Virus record (IMG/VR): IMGVR_UViG_2747842453_000003
Location: 1 to 64,000 of that record
DNA length: 64,000 bases
Strand: one strand, 5' to 3'
DNA from: a virus
Taxonomy: Duplodnaviria > Caudoviricetes
Numbering within the stretch: position 1 is the first letter of the stretch; every line of letters begins with the position of its first letter. The notes under the pieces are model-generated. The model made no database searches. It was given only the letters and a program-made list of their open reading frames with translations, and was not told where the DNA came from. The position numbers and the translations under genes are program-made. Shown here piece after piece: positions 1-9,800 of the stretch.

Positions 1-587
1 GCTGGACCTGTATCGCCAGTGTCACCTTTTTCTCCGGCGCCGCCACCACCACCAGAAATACTTGATAAGTCTACGGTATTGCCATCAGATATACTTAACT
101 CATTACCATTGAGAGCAAGTTGCTGAGAAGAAATTTGATTTATCGCTTCAGATAGTTCGGCATCCGTTGCCATTACATCCTGAATTTCCTTTAAAGTATC
201 AAATGCTTCTGATGCTCCCCCCGTCACATCGGCTACTGCCTGTACTGCTGCTGCGGTTGCTTTTGTTTCTGCTTCCACTGAGGCGGCTGCAACTGCTGCG
301 GCTTGCGCGGCATCTGCTTTTTGCTGTGCATCTGCGGCCGCTGCTGCTTGGGCTTCATCTGCTTTTTGTTGTGCATCGGCTGCCGCTGTTGCTTCGGCTG
401 CTGCTTGTGCCACATCTGCTTTTTGTTGTGCTTCTGCTGCAGCGGCTTCTACTACTTCCTCAACAACTGCTGCTGGAGCAGGCTGTGAATTTACTAGTCT
501 TCCAGATGCAGCAGACCATTGCATTTTTTTACCACTTGGTAAGGTAATAATTTGACCATCGGTGAACGGCGGGGTGGGGATTGCCAT
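1..587 (-). CDS. Fibre-like structural protein, 3' end outside window (Ala/Gln-rich coiled coil, then Gly-X-Y-like start)
   Basis: Not in ORF track because it is truncated. ATG at 587 after an AGGAG RBS; translates MAIPTPPFTDGQII...AQQKADEAQAAA repeats...GGASEAFDTLKEIQDVMATDAELSEAI...GEKGDTGDTGP; GATAAATA box at 622-629. Confidence 0.75.
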   Translation of the reverse strand, partial: MAIPTPPFTDGQIITLPSGKKMQWSAASGRLVNSQPAPAAVVEEVVEAAAAEAQQKADVAQAAAEATAAADAQQKADEAQAAAAADAQQKADAAQAAAVAAASVEAETKATAAAVQAVADVTGGASEAFDTLKEIQDVMATDAELSEAINQISSQQLALNGNELSISDGNTVDLSSISGGGGGAGEKGDTGDTGP

Positions 588-621
588 TTATTTCTCCTAA
601 TTATATATCAGTATCTTACAG

Positions 622-629
622 TATTTATC
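622..629 (-). promoter_or_regulatory. T4-like late promoter box (one of about 11 in the window)
   Basis: GATAAATA; also 6752, 11887, 21430, 26518, 40840, 40956, 48745, 52142, 54352, 60153, each at or near a gene boundary upstream of a gene or candidate RNA start. Confidence 0.65.
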
Positions 630-657
630 TTTTAAATACAATTATGAGATAAAAAAT

Positions 658-3219
658 TTAACCTTTGAGTGAACCAGTAGGTGGTGAGAAGAAGCTAGCG
701 GTATATCTTGCTAAACCTTTTGTAATACGGAAGTCCGCCATATAACCATTTATACTACTGTTATCATTTCCTCCTATATCTATAGAAGTTAAGGTATGAT
801 CAAATCCTGGTGTTGGAATCGTGGTGACAGTTTGACCATTTACATATAGAGTATGATCTGAATATGCAATATGATACCATGTATTAGCTACAGTACTATT
901 TTCATAATTAATCATCTGGGACGCCCCCCGCCATACTTGAATTGTTGTTCCTTGAAGAAACATTCTAAATGCATTGCCACTATTTCCTTGTGAGCAAATA
1001 CATCTATAAGCAGAATCTATAGAATTAGCATAAATCCATGTTTCTACCGTAAAATCGCCATCGCCTAGTATAGATGAACTTGCGGATGCGAATATATAAT
1101 CTGCATTGCCATCAAAATAAATCGACTTACTATTTGAAAACTTAACTTGTGCAGTTGAACCGCTAGTATTTCCAATCAGATTTAGGTTACTAGTTTGAGA
1201 TTTATCTATAATAGAAGCATCTGTTCCTTTGATATGTATAGATGCACCAGATGAAGATAATGGAGCAGTAGGTGGTGTAAAGTTTGCAGTATATATTGCT
1301 TGCCCTTTTGTGACTTTAAGGTCTGACACATAACCAATCATATTTTTAGTAACAGAGCCAACAGCACCATTGTTATGATAACTGCCTATACTAAAAGGAG
1401 CAGTTGCTCCGTAATCGTGACCGTCTGCATATGTTGCACCTGTTTGATTGCCATCAATGTAAAGTTTTGTATTTCCACTTGATCTAACAAGTGCAATATG
1501 ATGCCATTCTTTTACACTAACAGCAGAACTTACAATACGATCCGCCCCAGCATTATAGAATCTAATTGTGTTAGCCGATACCCAAAGATGTACGCCCACT
1601 CCAGATAGCGAATTTAAAGTAGATAGAATAGTTGAACCATTGCCGCCTGTAAAGGCTCCATTATCATCGAAATTAAACCAACCTTCAATTGTAAAATCAC
1701 CTGTGCCAAAACCAAAACTAGCATCTGATGGTGTGAATGAAGCAGAGGCGGCACCAGGAAAATACACAGATCCTCCGTTACTTGTTGCTGAGTATCCTGT
1801 ATAGTCGTAGGGTGATGTTGGCTTTGTGGAAACATCGCCTGTCTTTGACATTGAGTGATCGTTAGTAGAGACATCATGAATGTATGGCCCTTGAGCAGTT
1901 AATAATTTTGTATTAGTAACTTCTGTTAAAGGTTCAGTTGGTGGGGTAAAATTTGCACCATATACTGCGGTACCTGAAACAATTCTTAGATCTCGAATAT
2001 AACCATTATATGAATAACCCCCGACACCATGATCTCCTACAATAATGGCTTGTGACCCATAGTTATGACCATCAGACCCACTTGATCCTACAACACCATT
2101 AATGTACAATGTGGTTGTTCCACTGGATCTTACAACTGCAACATGATTCCAGGTATTATATGAAATTGTTCCACCAGTAGTATAAAGAGAACTTCCTGTA
2201 CCTGTTGTAGTATTATAATATCTAACTTTAGTATTTGCAATGTTTATGGTTCCACCATTAGAACCATGATCTAAAACATAGTGATTAGCTTTTGCTTCAG
2301 GAACATATAGCCAGGCTTCCCAAGTGAAGTCAGAAGTACCATATGCAAAATCAGCATTACTTGCTATTGAAAATGTATCGCCTGTACCATCAAAATATAC
2401 ACTGTATCCACCACTTCTATAAGGACTAAATGTACCAGCATAAGGATTGCCATTAAATGTAATACTATGATTATTAGTAGATGAATCAGTTATATTGTTA
2501 TTATCAGAATCTTCTGTTGCTGTTACAAGTAATGTTGTATATCTACTATTAGCAACGATGAAAAAAAGAGATATGGATATAACTTTATTTACTATGCCAG
2601 ATGATCCTCCATCAGTTGCAGATATAGTCAACGTAAAGTTACCAGCGTCTGCTGAATTAGTACTTGGAGTAATTGTAAAAACATTATCTGCTTGTGATAT
2701 TGTAGCAGTTGATCCAAGTGATCCAGATGTTATTGCATAACTCCATGTAAGTGGGAACCCTTCTGGGTCAGTTGATGTTGCAGTAATTACAGTAGGTGTA
2801 CCATCCAGAGAAAGATCATATGATGAATTAACATTTGTAATTGCAGTAGGTGAATTATTAACCATCGTTGCGATTAAATACCATGCAGACCCGGTATACA
2901 TAAACAGTTTGTTATTGTCCAGTACTAATCCTTGGTCTCCTGCATTCATTCCGGTTTTTGCAATCAATGCTGCCATATCTGCAAAAATTTCAGTAGATGA
3001 TGCAGATGATACGGATGTAAATGAAAAATTATTATTACCGTCAGTTGTTAATAATTGGCCTGACGTTCCATCACTAATATTTAAATCAGTTAACGTACTT
3101 GCACTAGCGCCCGGTACAGGAGGTTTCCAAGAGTTTGCACTTGCAGTGTATGTATATGTTACTCCGCCAATGGTAGCGATATCGCCATCTGATGGATTAT
3201 CTGGAAAATTTATTGCCAT
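658..3219 (-). CDS. Virion fibre/adhesin protein with cadherin/Ig-like and three LamG (concanavalin A-like) domains
   Basis: MAINFP..P N-terminus; repeated DFTxExW...WHHIAxVR...LYI(D/N)G...GYxxDLR(I/V)xKG...FTPPT modules. Confidence 0.8.
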   Translation of the reverse strand: MAINFPDNPSDGDIATIGGVTYTYTASANSWKPPVPGASASTLTDLNISDGTSGQLLTTDGNNNFSFTSVSSASSTEIFADMAALIAKTGMNAGDQGLVLDNNKLFMYTGSAWYLIATMVNNSPTAITNVNSSYDLSLDGTPTVITATSTDPEGFPLTWSYAITSGSLGSTATISQADNVFTITPSTNSADAGNFTLTISATDGGSSGIVNKVISISLFFIVANSRYTTLLVTATEDSDNNNITDSSTNNHSITFNGNPYAGTFSPYRSGGYSVYFDGTGDTFSIASNADFAYGTSDFTWEAWLYVPEAKANHYVLDHGSNGGTINIANTKVRYYNTTTGTGSSLYTTGGTISYNTWNHVAVVRSSGTTTLYINGVVGSSGSDGHNYGSQAIIVGDHGVGGYSYNGYIRDLRIVSGTAVYGANFTPPTEPLTEVTNTKLLTAQGPYIHDVSTNDHSMSKTGDVSTKPTSPYDYTGYSATSNGGSVYFPGAASASFTPSDASFGFGTGDFTIEGWFNFDDNGAFTGGNGSTILSTLNSLSGVGVHLWVSANTIRFYNAGADRIVSSAVSVKEWHHIALVRSSGNTKLYIDGNQTGATYADGHDYGATAPFSIGSYHNNGAVGSVTKNMIGYVSDLKVTKGQAIYTANFTPPTAPLSSSGASIHIKGTDASIIDKSQTSNLNLIGNTSGSTAQVKFSNSKSIYFDGNADYIFASASSSILGDGDFTVETWIYANSIDSAYRCICSQGNSGNAFRMFLQGTTIQVWRGASQMINYENSTVANTWYHIAYSDHTLYVNGQTVTTIPTPGFDHTLTSIDIGGNDNSSINGYMADFRITKGLARYTASFFSPPTGSLKG

Positions 3220-3252
3220 TATTTAATTCCTTTTTTATTTAAATTCATGTTA

Positions 3253-4527
3253 TTAATGACCAACAAATCCAGTCGGCACAGAATGATTGAAAGTTTGTGA
3301 ACCAGTGATAATATTACCTACGAAAGTCGTGACGCCGCCTTCAGTACCGAGTACCAGACGGAATGGTTGTCCAGCCGTACCATTAACCGAATATCCAGAA
3401 CCACTGGCTGGATTATTTGGCCACCATGTACCGCCATCTTTATTAAACCAAACTTCATCTGTTGTATTGTCGTATGCAATTTGCAGTACAGCACCTGCAT
3501 TCAGGCTACCAACCCCACCACCTATGTTGCTATTGGTCACGTTGTCAATCACGCCCCCAGACCTGTAATTGACAACGACACCAGTATCAAAATGACCAGT
3601 GTTCCATTGTGGAATATCACTACGTGCTATGCCAATATAGAACTGTGAGCTACCAGATACCATTTCAACTTCAAAATATTTTCTGCCAGATGCCAATTCA
3701 CTACTTGCAGCCATGTTAAAGTCACTGGTGCTTCCCCAATTTCCAAACGCCCAATCAACAGAATTAGTAGAATTCGTTGTTATTCCCATCTCACTAGAAT
3801 CGAATGTAATATCTTCGCTGAAGGCCAAACTTACAGTAGTGACTGTAGATATGACCTGTAATCCATCATTCGATCTAGCACGGAATGTAAAATTGCCGGA
3901 GTCTGATGCAGATGTACTGGGCGTTAATGTAAATGTACCATCATTATTATTTGCAATTGTTGCTTGGGTTTGATTGCTTGGGCTAGTGTCATATGCATAT
4001 GTTACATCAAATCCTTCTGCGTCGGTTGCTGCAACAGTTAATGTAGTCGCTGTGCCGTCTGAATTTAATACTGTATTATCTGATAATTCTGTTGTCCATG
4101 TAGGTACAGAATCTGCTCCTGCCCAAATTCTATCCCATTCGCTACTATCCCAAATATAAAGTCCACCTGTTGATGTGATATAAGCAAGATCACCCGTACT
4201 GGGCGTTGCAGCATTGCGGGCTGTAATATCAGTATATGATGTTACCCCACCATCGGCGCCTGTTGCACCGGTTGCACCACTAATACCTACCCATTGTGAA
4301 GATGTGCCATCATCGTAATATATATACATTGTTCCATCAGTAGTATCAAACCATAAATCGCCGTCTACGGGATTGCTGGGTGATGTCGTAGATGTTGCAA
4401 TACTTGCTGTCTCACTACCTCCGCCACTACCGGTTTCATCTAATAATGTTGTTTCAACACCGTTACTATCAACAACAAATTGTTTCTTTTGAACATTATC
4501 CCACTTAAATCCTCTTGCCCTTGCCAT
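3253..4527 (-). CDS. Virion structural protein with Ig-like and C-terminal SPRY-like domain
   Basis: GDLWFDT motif; TDAEGFDVTY Ig-like segment; SGRKYFEV...IGIA...AYD...VWFNKDG SPRY-type pattern. Confidence 0.65.
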   Translation of the reverse strand: MARARGFKWDNVQKKQFVVDSNGVETTLLDETGSGGGSETASIATSTTSPSNPVDGDLWFDTTDGTMYIYYDDGTSSQWVGISGATGATGADGGVTSYTDITARNAATPSTGDLAYITSTGGLYIWDSSEWDRIWAGADSVPTWTTELSDNTVLNSDGTATTLTVAATDAEGFDVTYAYDTSPSNQTQATIANNNDGTFTLTPSTSASDSGNFTFRARSNDGLQVISTVTTVSLAFSEDITFDSSEMGITTNSTNSVDWAFGNWGSTSDFNMAASSELASGRKYFEVEMVSGSSQFYIGIARSDIPQWNTGHFDTGVVVNYRSGGVIDNVTNSNIGGGVGSLNAGAVLQIAYDNTTDEVWFNKDGGTWWPNNPASGSGYSVNGTAGQPFRLVLGTEGGVTTFVGNIITGSQTFNHSVPTGFVGH

Positions 4528-4538
4528 CTTCTAATCCT

Positions 4539-6677
4539 TTACTGTGCCACTTCTGTAGTTTTTACTACCGCAGTCCATCTAAATGTTTTACTTGCTTCGC
4601 CCGTTACTGAAATTTTAATAGCATCATTTGTATCATCTGCAGTTGCTTCAACTACTAAATTTGTATTATCACTTGCTACCAGAATTTCATATAGATCGCC
4701 AACATCTGCTACTGTTCCTGCAAAATTGTCAACAACACCTTTAAGTTCAAATCCTGCACTTTCACCGGTCGCATCTGTTCTACGTGCTACAAAAGAAATA
4801 TCATAGAATATTGTTGTATCTGTTGCTACTGGTATTCTTTCATTGGGCGCACCACGAACAAATAATTCGGTTTCAGTTGCATCAGTTGTTGTGCCTGATA
4901 ATACATATTGTTTTGTGTAATGATCAGCACTTATTGCTTGTTGTGTTAGTGTTCTAACAATAGTAGGATTTTTAACAGTTAAATCATCTATTGATGCGGT
5001 TGTGACATCCAATTGAGAATCGTTATTGCCGGTACCAACTGTTAGTACTGGAGAATTTGCTAATGTATCACCAATGTCACCGTATAATGATCCTGTTAGA
5101 TGAGCATTGTGTCCAAAAAATGTATCTGCTCCAGTAGTGTTAATTATTGTTGCACCTGCTACTCCACCAACAGTTGGTGCTTTTAGTTTTTCAATTTCAG
5201 CATCGTGAATTGTTAATAGGTCTCGCGTTGGACCAGTAGTAATAATTGGTGTATTTTGAGTAGGTGAAATTACATCTCCATATAAGTCGCCTGCTACATT
5301 ACCTGTTAGTGTGTATTGAGGTTGCGAAGCGTTTAATACCGTTGCACCAGTAGTTGGATTTATAATGTTACCTCGGAAAGTTGCTGAGGTAGTAGCATCA
5401 CCTGGATTTAAAACAATTGATGATGTATCTGTTTCATCTGCTAAATTGTAACCGACCTTTGTTGCATAATATGAACTATTACCAAGTAAACTCGAACCGT
5501 CAGTGAAATCAGAAATATCCAGTGTAGCAAAACTAAACCCGGCGGCGCCATTCGTTTGTAAAACTTGTCCATTTGTACCATCTACAATAGTATTCAAATC
5601 AAGTAATGATGACGGAATACTAGGTGTATTAGTTAATGATCCATAATCTCCATCAAATGCATCTGTAATTCCATAACCTGCAATTGTTGTTGGTGTTCCA
5701 GTAAGGTCATTCCATGTAATTACATACGCACTTAGATCAGGTGGAATATATGTAAATACACCAGTTGAATTATCGTATGTAATACCACCTATACCATTTG
5801 GTGCAATTGGACTGCCAACACTTAAATTAAGTGTGGAAAATTCGTTACCAGGTACAAATTTATTATTGACTCCATCCCATATTAGTATCTGTTTATCTAC
5901 TGGCGCAGATGTTGTCAAGTCTACATCTGCTAAGTCATCAATAGATGAATTTGCTATTCGTGCATCTACTTTTGAATCATCATAAAATTCATTGGATGAT
6001 CCTTCTGCTATATCATCACTATCTACGATTAAATTATAATATGTTGTTCCATCGTTTGTAAATGTCCAACGATCAGTAGATTCGTTCCAAGCGATGGAAA
6101 CATTTGTTGATGTTCCTCTTTCAATTTCTAAACCAGCATCTTCTGTTGGTGTGCCAGTAACATCATTATTCAAAACAATTATATTATCAGATACCGTTAG
6201 ATTTGTAGTATCAATAGTGGTGACTGAGCCACTAACGATCAAATCTCCACTAACTGTTAAATTGTTAATATTACCGGTTGATGCCCAAATATTATTCCAA
6301 ACTTTTGTCGAACTTCCTATATCATATGTATTTGTTGTTGTTGGTATAATATTACTTGCAACTGAGGTAAGATCACTAAAATCTGCCGGTATAAATTTAC
6401 TATTGGAATTATCCCATACTAGTGTTTGACCGTCAGTAGGAGCATTACTTGAAATATCTACATCGGTTAAATCATTTATAGAATCTAGTTGTACATGCCA
6501 GACACCGTTCACATCTCTAAATTTTAGTTTTTCATTGGTACGATCTATCCATAAATCACCAGTATTAATACTATATGTATTTGCCGGATCATTATTACCC
6601 TGGTATATAGTCACGCCGCCCTTACCTATTTTGAAGGATGGAACGGTTGTGCCACGAGCATTCAGTGTTACTGCCAT
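4539..6677 (-). CDS. Virion structural/tail fibre-like protein
   Basis: ATG at 6677 follows a GAGGA RBS; DLTDVD...LVWD repeats, DNIIVLN...AGLEIERG motif, PTTIAGYGITD motif. Confidence 0.75.
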   Translation of the reverse strand: MAVTLNARGTTVPSFKIGKGGVTIYQGNNDPANTYSINTGDLWIDRTNEKLKFRDVNGVWHVQLDSINDLTDVDISSNAPTDGQTLVWDNSNSKFIPADFSDLTSVASNIIPTTTNTYDIGSSTKVWNNIWASTGNINNLTVSGDLIVSGSVTTIDTTNLTVSDNIIVLNNDVTGTPTEDAGLEIERGTSTNVSIAWNESTDRWTFTNDGTTYYNLIVDSDDIAEGSSNEFYDDSKVDARIANSSIDDLADVDLTTSAPVDKQILIWDGVNNKFVPGNEFSTLNLSVGSPIAPNGIGGITYDNSTGVFTYIPPDLSAYVITWNDLTGTPTTIAGYGITDAFDGDYGSLTNTPSIPSSLLDLNTIVDGTNGQVLQTNGAAGFSFATLDISDFTDGSSLLGNSSYYATKVGYNLADETDTSSIVLNPGDATTSATFRGNIINPTTGATVLNASQPQYTLTGNVAGDLYGDVISPTQNTPIITTGPTRDLLTIHDAEIEKLKAPTVGGVAGATIINTTGADTFFGHNAHLTGSLYGDIGDTLANSPVLTVGTGNNDSQLDVTTASIDDLTVKNPTIVRTLTQQAISADHYTKQYVLSGTTTDATETELFVRGAPNERIPVATDTTIFYDISFVARRTDATGESAGFELKGVVDNFAGTVADVGDLYEILVASDNTNLVVEATADDTNDAIKISVTGEASKTFRWTAVVKTTEVAQ

Positions 6678-6801
6678 TTTTGTTTTCCTCAACGTCTGTG
6701 CGTAAAAAGTCAGATAGTTATATCTGTCGTTAAGTTATTTAATTCTTAATCTATTTATCATATAATATTAATATAGCATATTATAATTACTGTGTCAAGG
6801 C

Positions 6802-6831
6802 AAAAAAGAGGGGCCTCTTTCGAAGCCCCTC
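6802..6831 (-). terminator. Rho-independent terminator after the 1625-aa gene
   Basis: Minus strand GAGGGGCTTC-GAAA-GAGGCCCCTC followed by TTTTTT. Confidence 0.85.
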
Positions 6832-6871
6832 CTGTATTTTAAGTTTTAATTAAACTAGTTAAAGTTTAATT

Positions 6872-9800
6872 TTACGTATTAATTGCTTTGTACTCAACAG
6901 AAACAATTGCTCGACCAACCGTTGGTGATGCCGTTGAACCGCCATTACCTAGTGTTGCTGTAATTGTTGCATTTTGTGCTGATGTGTTTTCATAGCCTTG
7001 TTCAATAATGAATAGACCTTCTTCTGACATATCAACATCAATAGTAGTAACAAGATCATTCGTACCATCTGACACTGTGATTTCATCACATCCAACAAAC
7101 GCTGTTAGAATTTTGATTGTTACAGATTTTACATAATATAGTTTACCTGAAACATTTTTGATGTTACCAACTGTGAAAGTACCACTGCCATTTGCTGTGA
7201 AATCTTGACGAAGGAAGTTATCACCAACTTTGGCAATTTCATCATCGACATATTTCTTAGTAGATACAACCATATCATCTGAATTATCAAAATCAATGTG
7301 TGTATTTGCTGGTAGCATAACCATACCGCCAGTGCCATTAGTATTATCTGCAGTTTTTGGAGCTAATACAAGATTAACTTCTGTACCACCGACTGCTGCT
7401 AGTTCAATACCACCAGTGCCGTTTTTGATTTCTAATGAATCTGTTGTATCAGTTGCTGTTTCAACAAACGTTGCGATTAGCGTGTCATTTGAGCCATAAA
7501 CCTGAGTTTTGCCTTCTGTGCCGCCACCTGTGCCGCCTTTGATGATAACATCACCTGAAGCGTGTGTAGATGAACCGTTACCGCCTTTAAGAACCAGATC
7601 ACCTGCGTCACCTGCTACAGACACACCGCCTGAAACAGTTAAATCAGTGTCATCATCACCTTGAAGAACAGCTTCGCCTGATTGACCAACTAGGAAAACA
7701 TCGCCGCCATCTTGACCTTGTAGATACATATCTACAACACCTGTGCCGCCTGCATTTTTAGCAGTTAGTGTTACACTACCTGTTGCACTTGACATATCTA
7801 GATATTCAGCAGTTGTCATACCAGAAGTTTGAATTGCAACATCGCCTGCTGCAGTACGTAGAGTTTCTTGGTATCCATATACCAATGCACCCGATCCATC
7901 TGTGATTAGAACTTGATGCTCTAGACCACTTACTGAGATACCTGTACCACCATTTGCGATTGGTGTAATACCAGTGATATCTGCAGTCATATCGACTTTT
8001 GCATATCCTAGTGCACCAGAAGCGTTAACTTTTAGTACTGTTGAATTTGCACCTTTTGCTAGTTCTGCTACTGCGCCTGCTGCCGCCATGACCATTAGTG
8101 AGTCATTTGCGAATGCAGACGTATCAGTGCCAGTACCACCATCAGTTCTTGCGATTTGACCAGTTAGACCGAAACTTGCCGCTTGGATTTCACCAACTTT
8201 GATGTTAGCCATTGCACCATTAGCATCTTCAGATGACCATACATCGTCTGTTTCATCCCAATACCATTGTGCATTATCTGATGAACCACGATTTACTACA
8301 AGACCTGAATCTTCTGTTGGTGCAGCGTTTGCAGCAACATTTGAATTCAATTCAATCATGTTATCTTCGATAGCAACTGTTTCTGAAAGTGTAGTTGTTA
8401 CTGCACCTGAAACTGTTAGATTACCGTTGATTACCGCATCACCTGTTACTGTTGCAGATGCTAGAGTTGTTGCGCCTGCTGCAAGTGTGTTCGCACCAAA
8501 GTCACCATTCACACCGAATGTTGCCGCTGTGTCTGTTAGTGTCATTTTTGTTGCTGTTGCGTTATCATCAATACCAGTTGAAGCAAAATCTGAGATTGTG
8601 CCACCTTGGATTTTATCACCTGAGATTTGATCATCTGCAAGTGTTAATGTTCCTGCTGATACGTCTAATGCAAAGTTTGCACCCACAGTAATATCATAAC
8701 GTGATATTGTTGAATGTGGAACTCCTACAGCGTGAACTTTACCCAATAGTGATGAATCTGAAATCGTTCCAGCGTGAACTGCGTCACCTGAAATTTGATC
8801 AGCATCAAATGTAAGTGTAACACCGCCTAGGTTAATGTCTGTACCAGAAATCGAACCACCAGTAATTGTAACATTACCTGAGTTTAGGTTTGTTGCAGTA
8901 ACAGTTGTCATGCCAGTAGCAGTACCACCTGTTAAAGTAACATTGTTTGAACCTAGTGTTGAGAACGTACCTGCTGCTGATGTGTTTGCACCAATAATAA
9001 CTGCGTCCATTTCACCGCCACCAAAATCAACAATGTCTGAAGTCAAGGATGCACCTGAAATTGCACCACCAGTAATTGCTGCGGATACTGAAGTCAATGT
9101 TGAGAATGTACCTGCTGCTGATGTAGTTGCACCAATAATTGTACCATCAACATTGCCACCTGTTACGGTTGCTGCTGCAGTTGTCATTGTTGAGAATGTA
9201 CCTGCTGCTGATGTAGTTGCACCAATAATTGTACCATCTACTGCGCCACCGTTTAGATCAACTGAGTCTGATACTAATGTTGAGAATGTACCTGCTGATG
9301 ATGTAGTTGCACCGATAGTTGTACCATCTATTGTACCACCAGTAACTGCAATTCCGCTTGTTGTTAATGAATCGATTTGAATTGAACCGATTACACCACC
9401 TTCGATAGCATCACCTGAAATTTGGTCGTCTGCTAGAACTAGAGATGCGGCTGATACGTTTACTGTATCCCCTGCTTCTGCAGTTAGTCCACCAGTTACA
9501 ACGCCATCTTTTAGACTTACACCATCAACTGTTACACCAACATCTGTTGAATATTCAGCGATTGTATCTACTGTAACTGTACCAGAGAATGTAGCATCTG
9601 AACCTGCTACCTCATCGGTAAATGTAATACCTGCATTTGGAGTTAGTTCACCGATGTTATCAACTGCGATTGCATCCATAGATTGTGAACCAATTTTTAG
9701 GTCTGCTAGTGCTGTACCTACTTTGAATTCCCAAACGTCAAGAGTTTCATTCCACTGTAGTGATGCATTATCTGCTGAACCACGATCAACTTCAATACCT

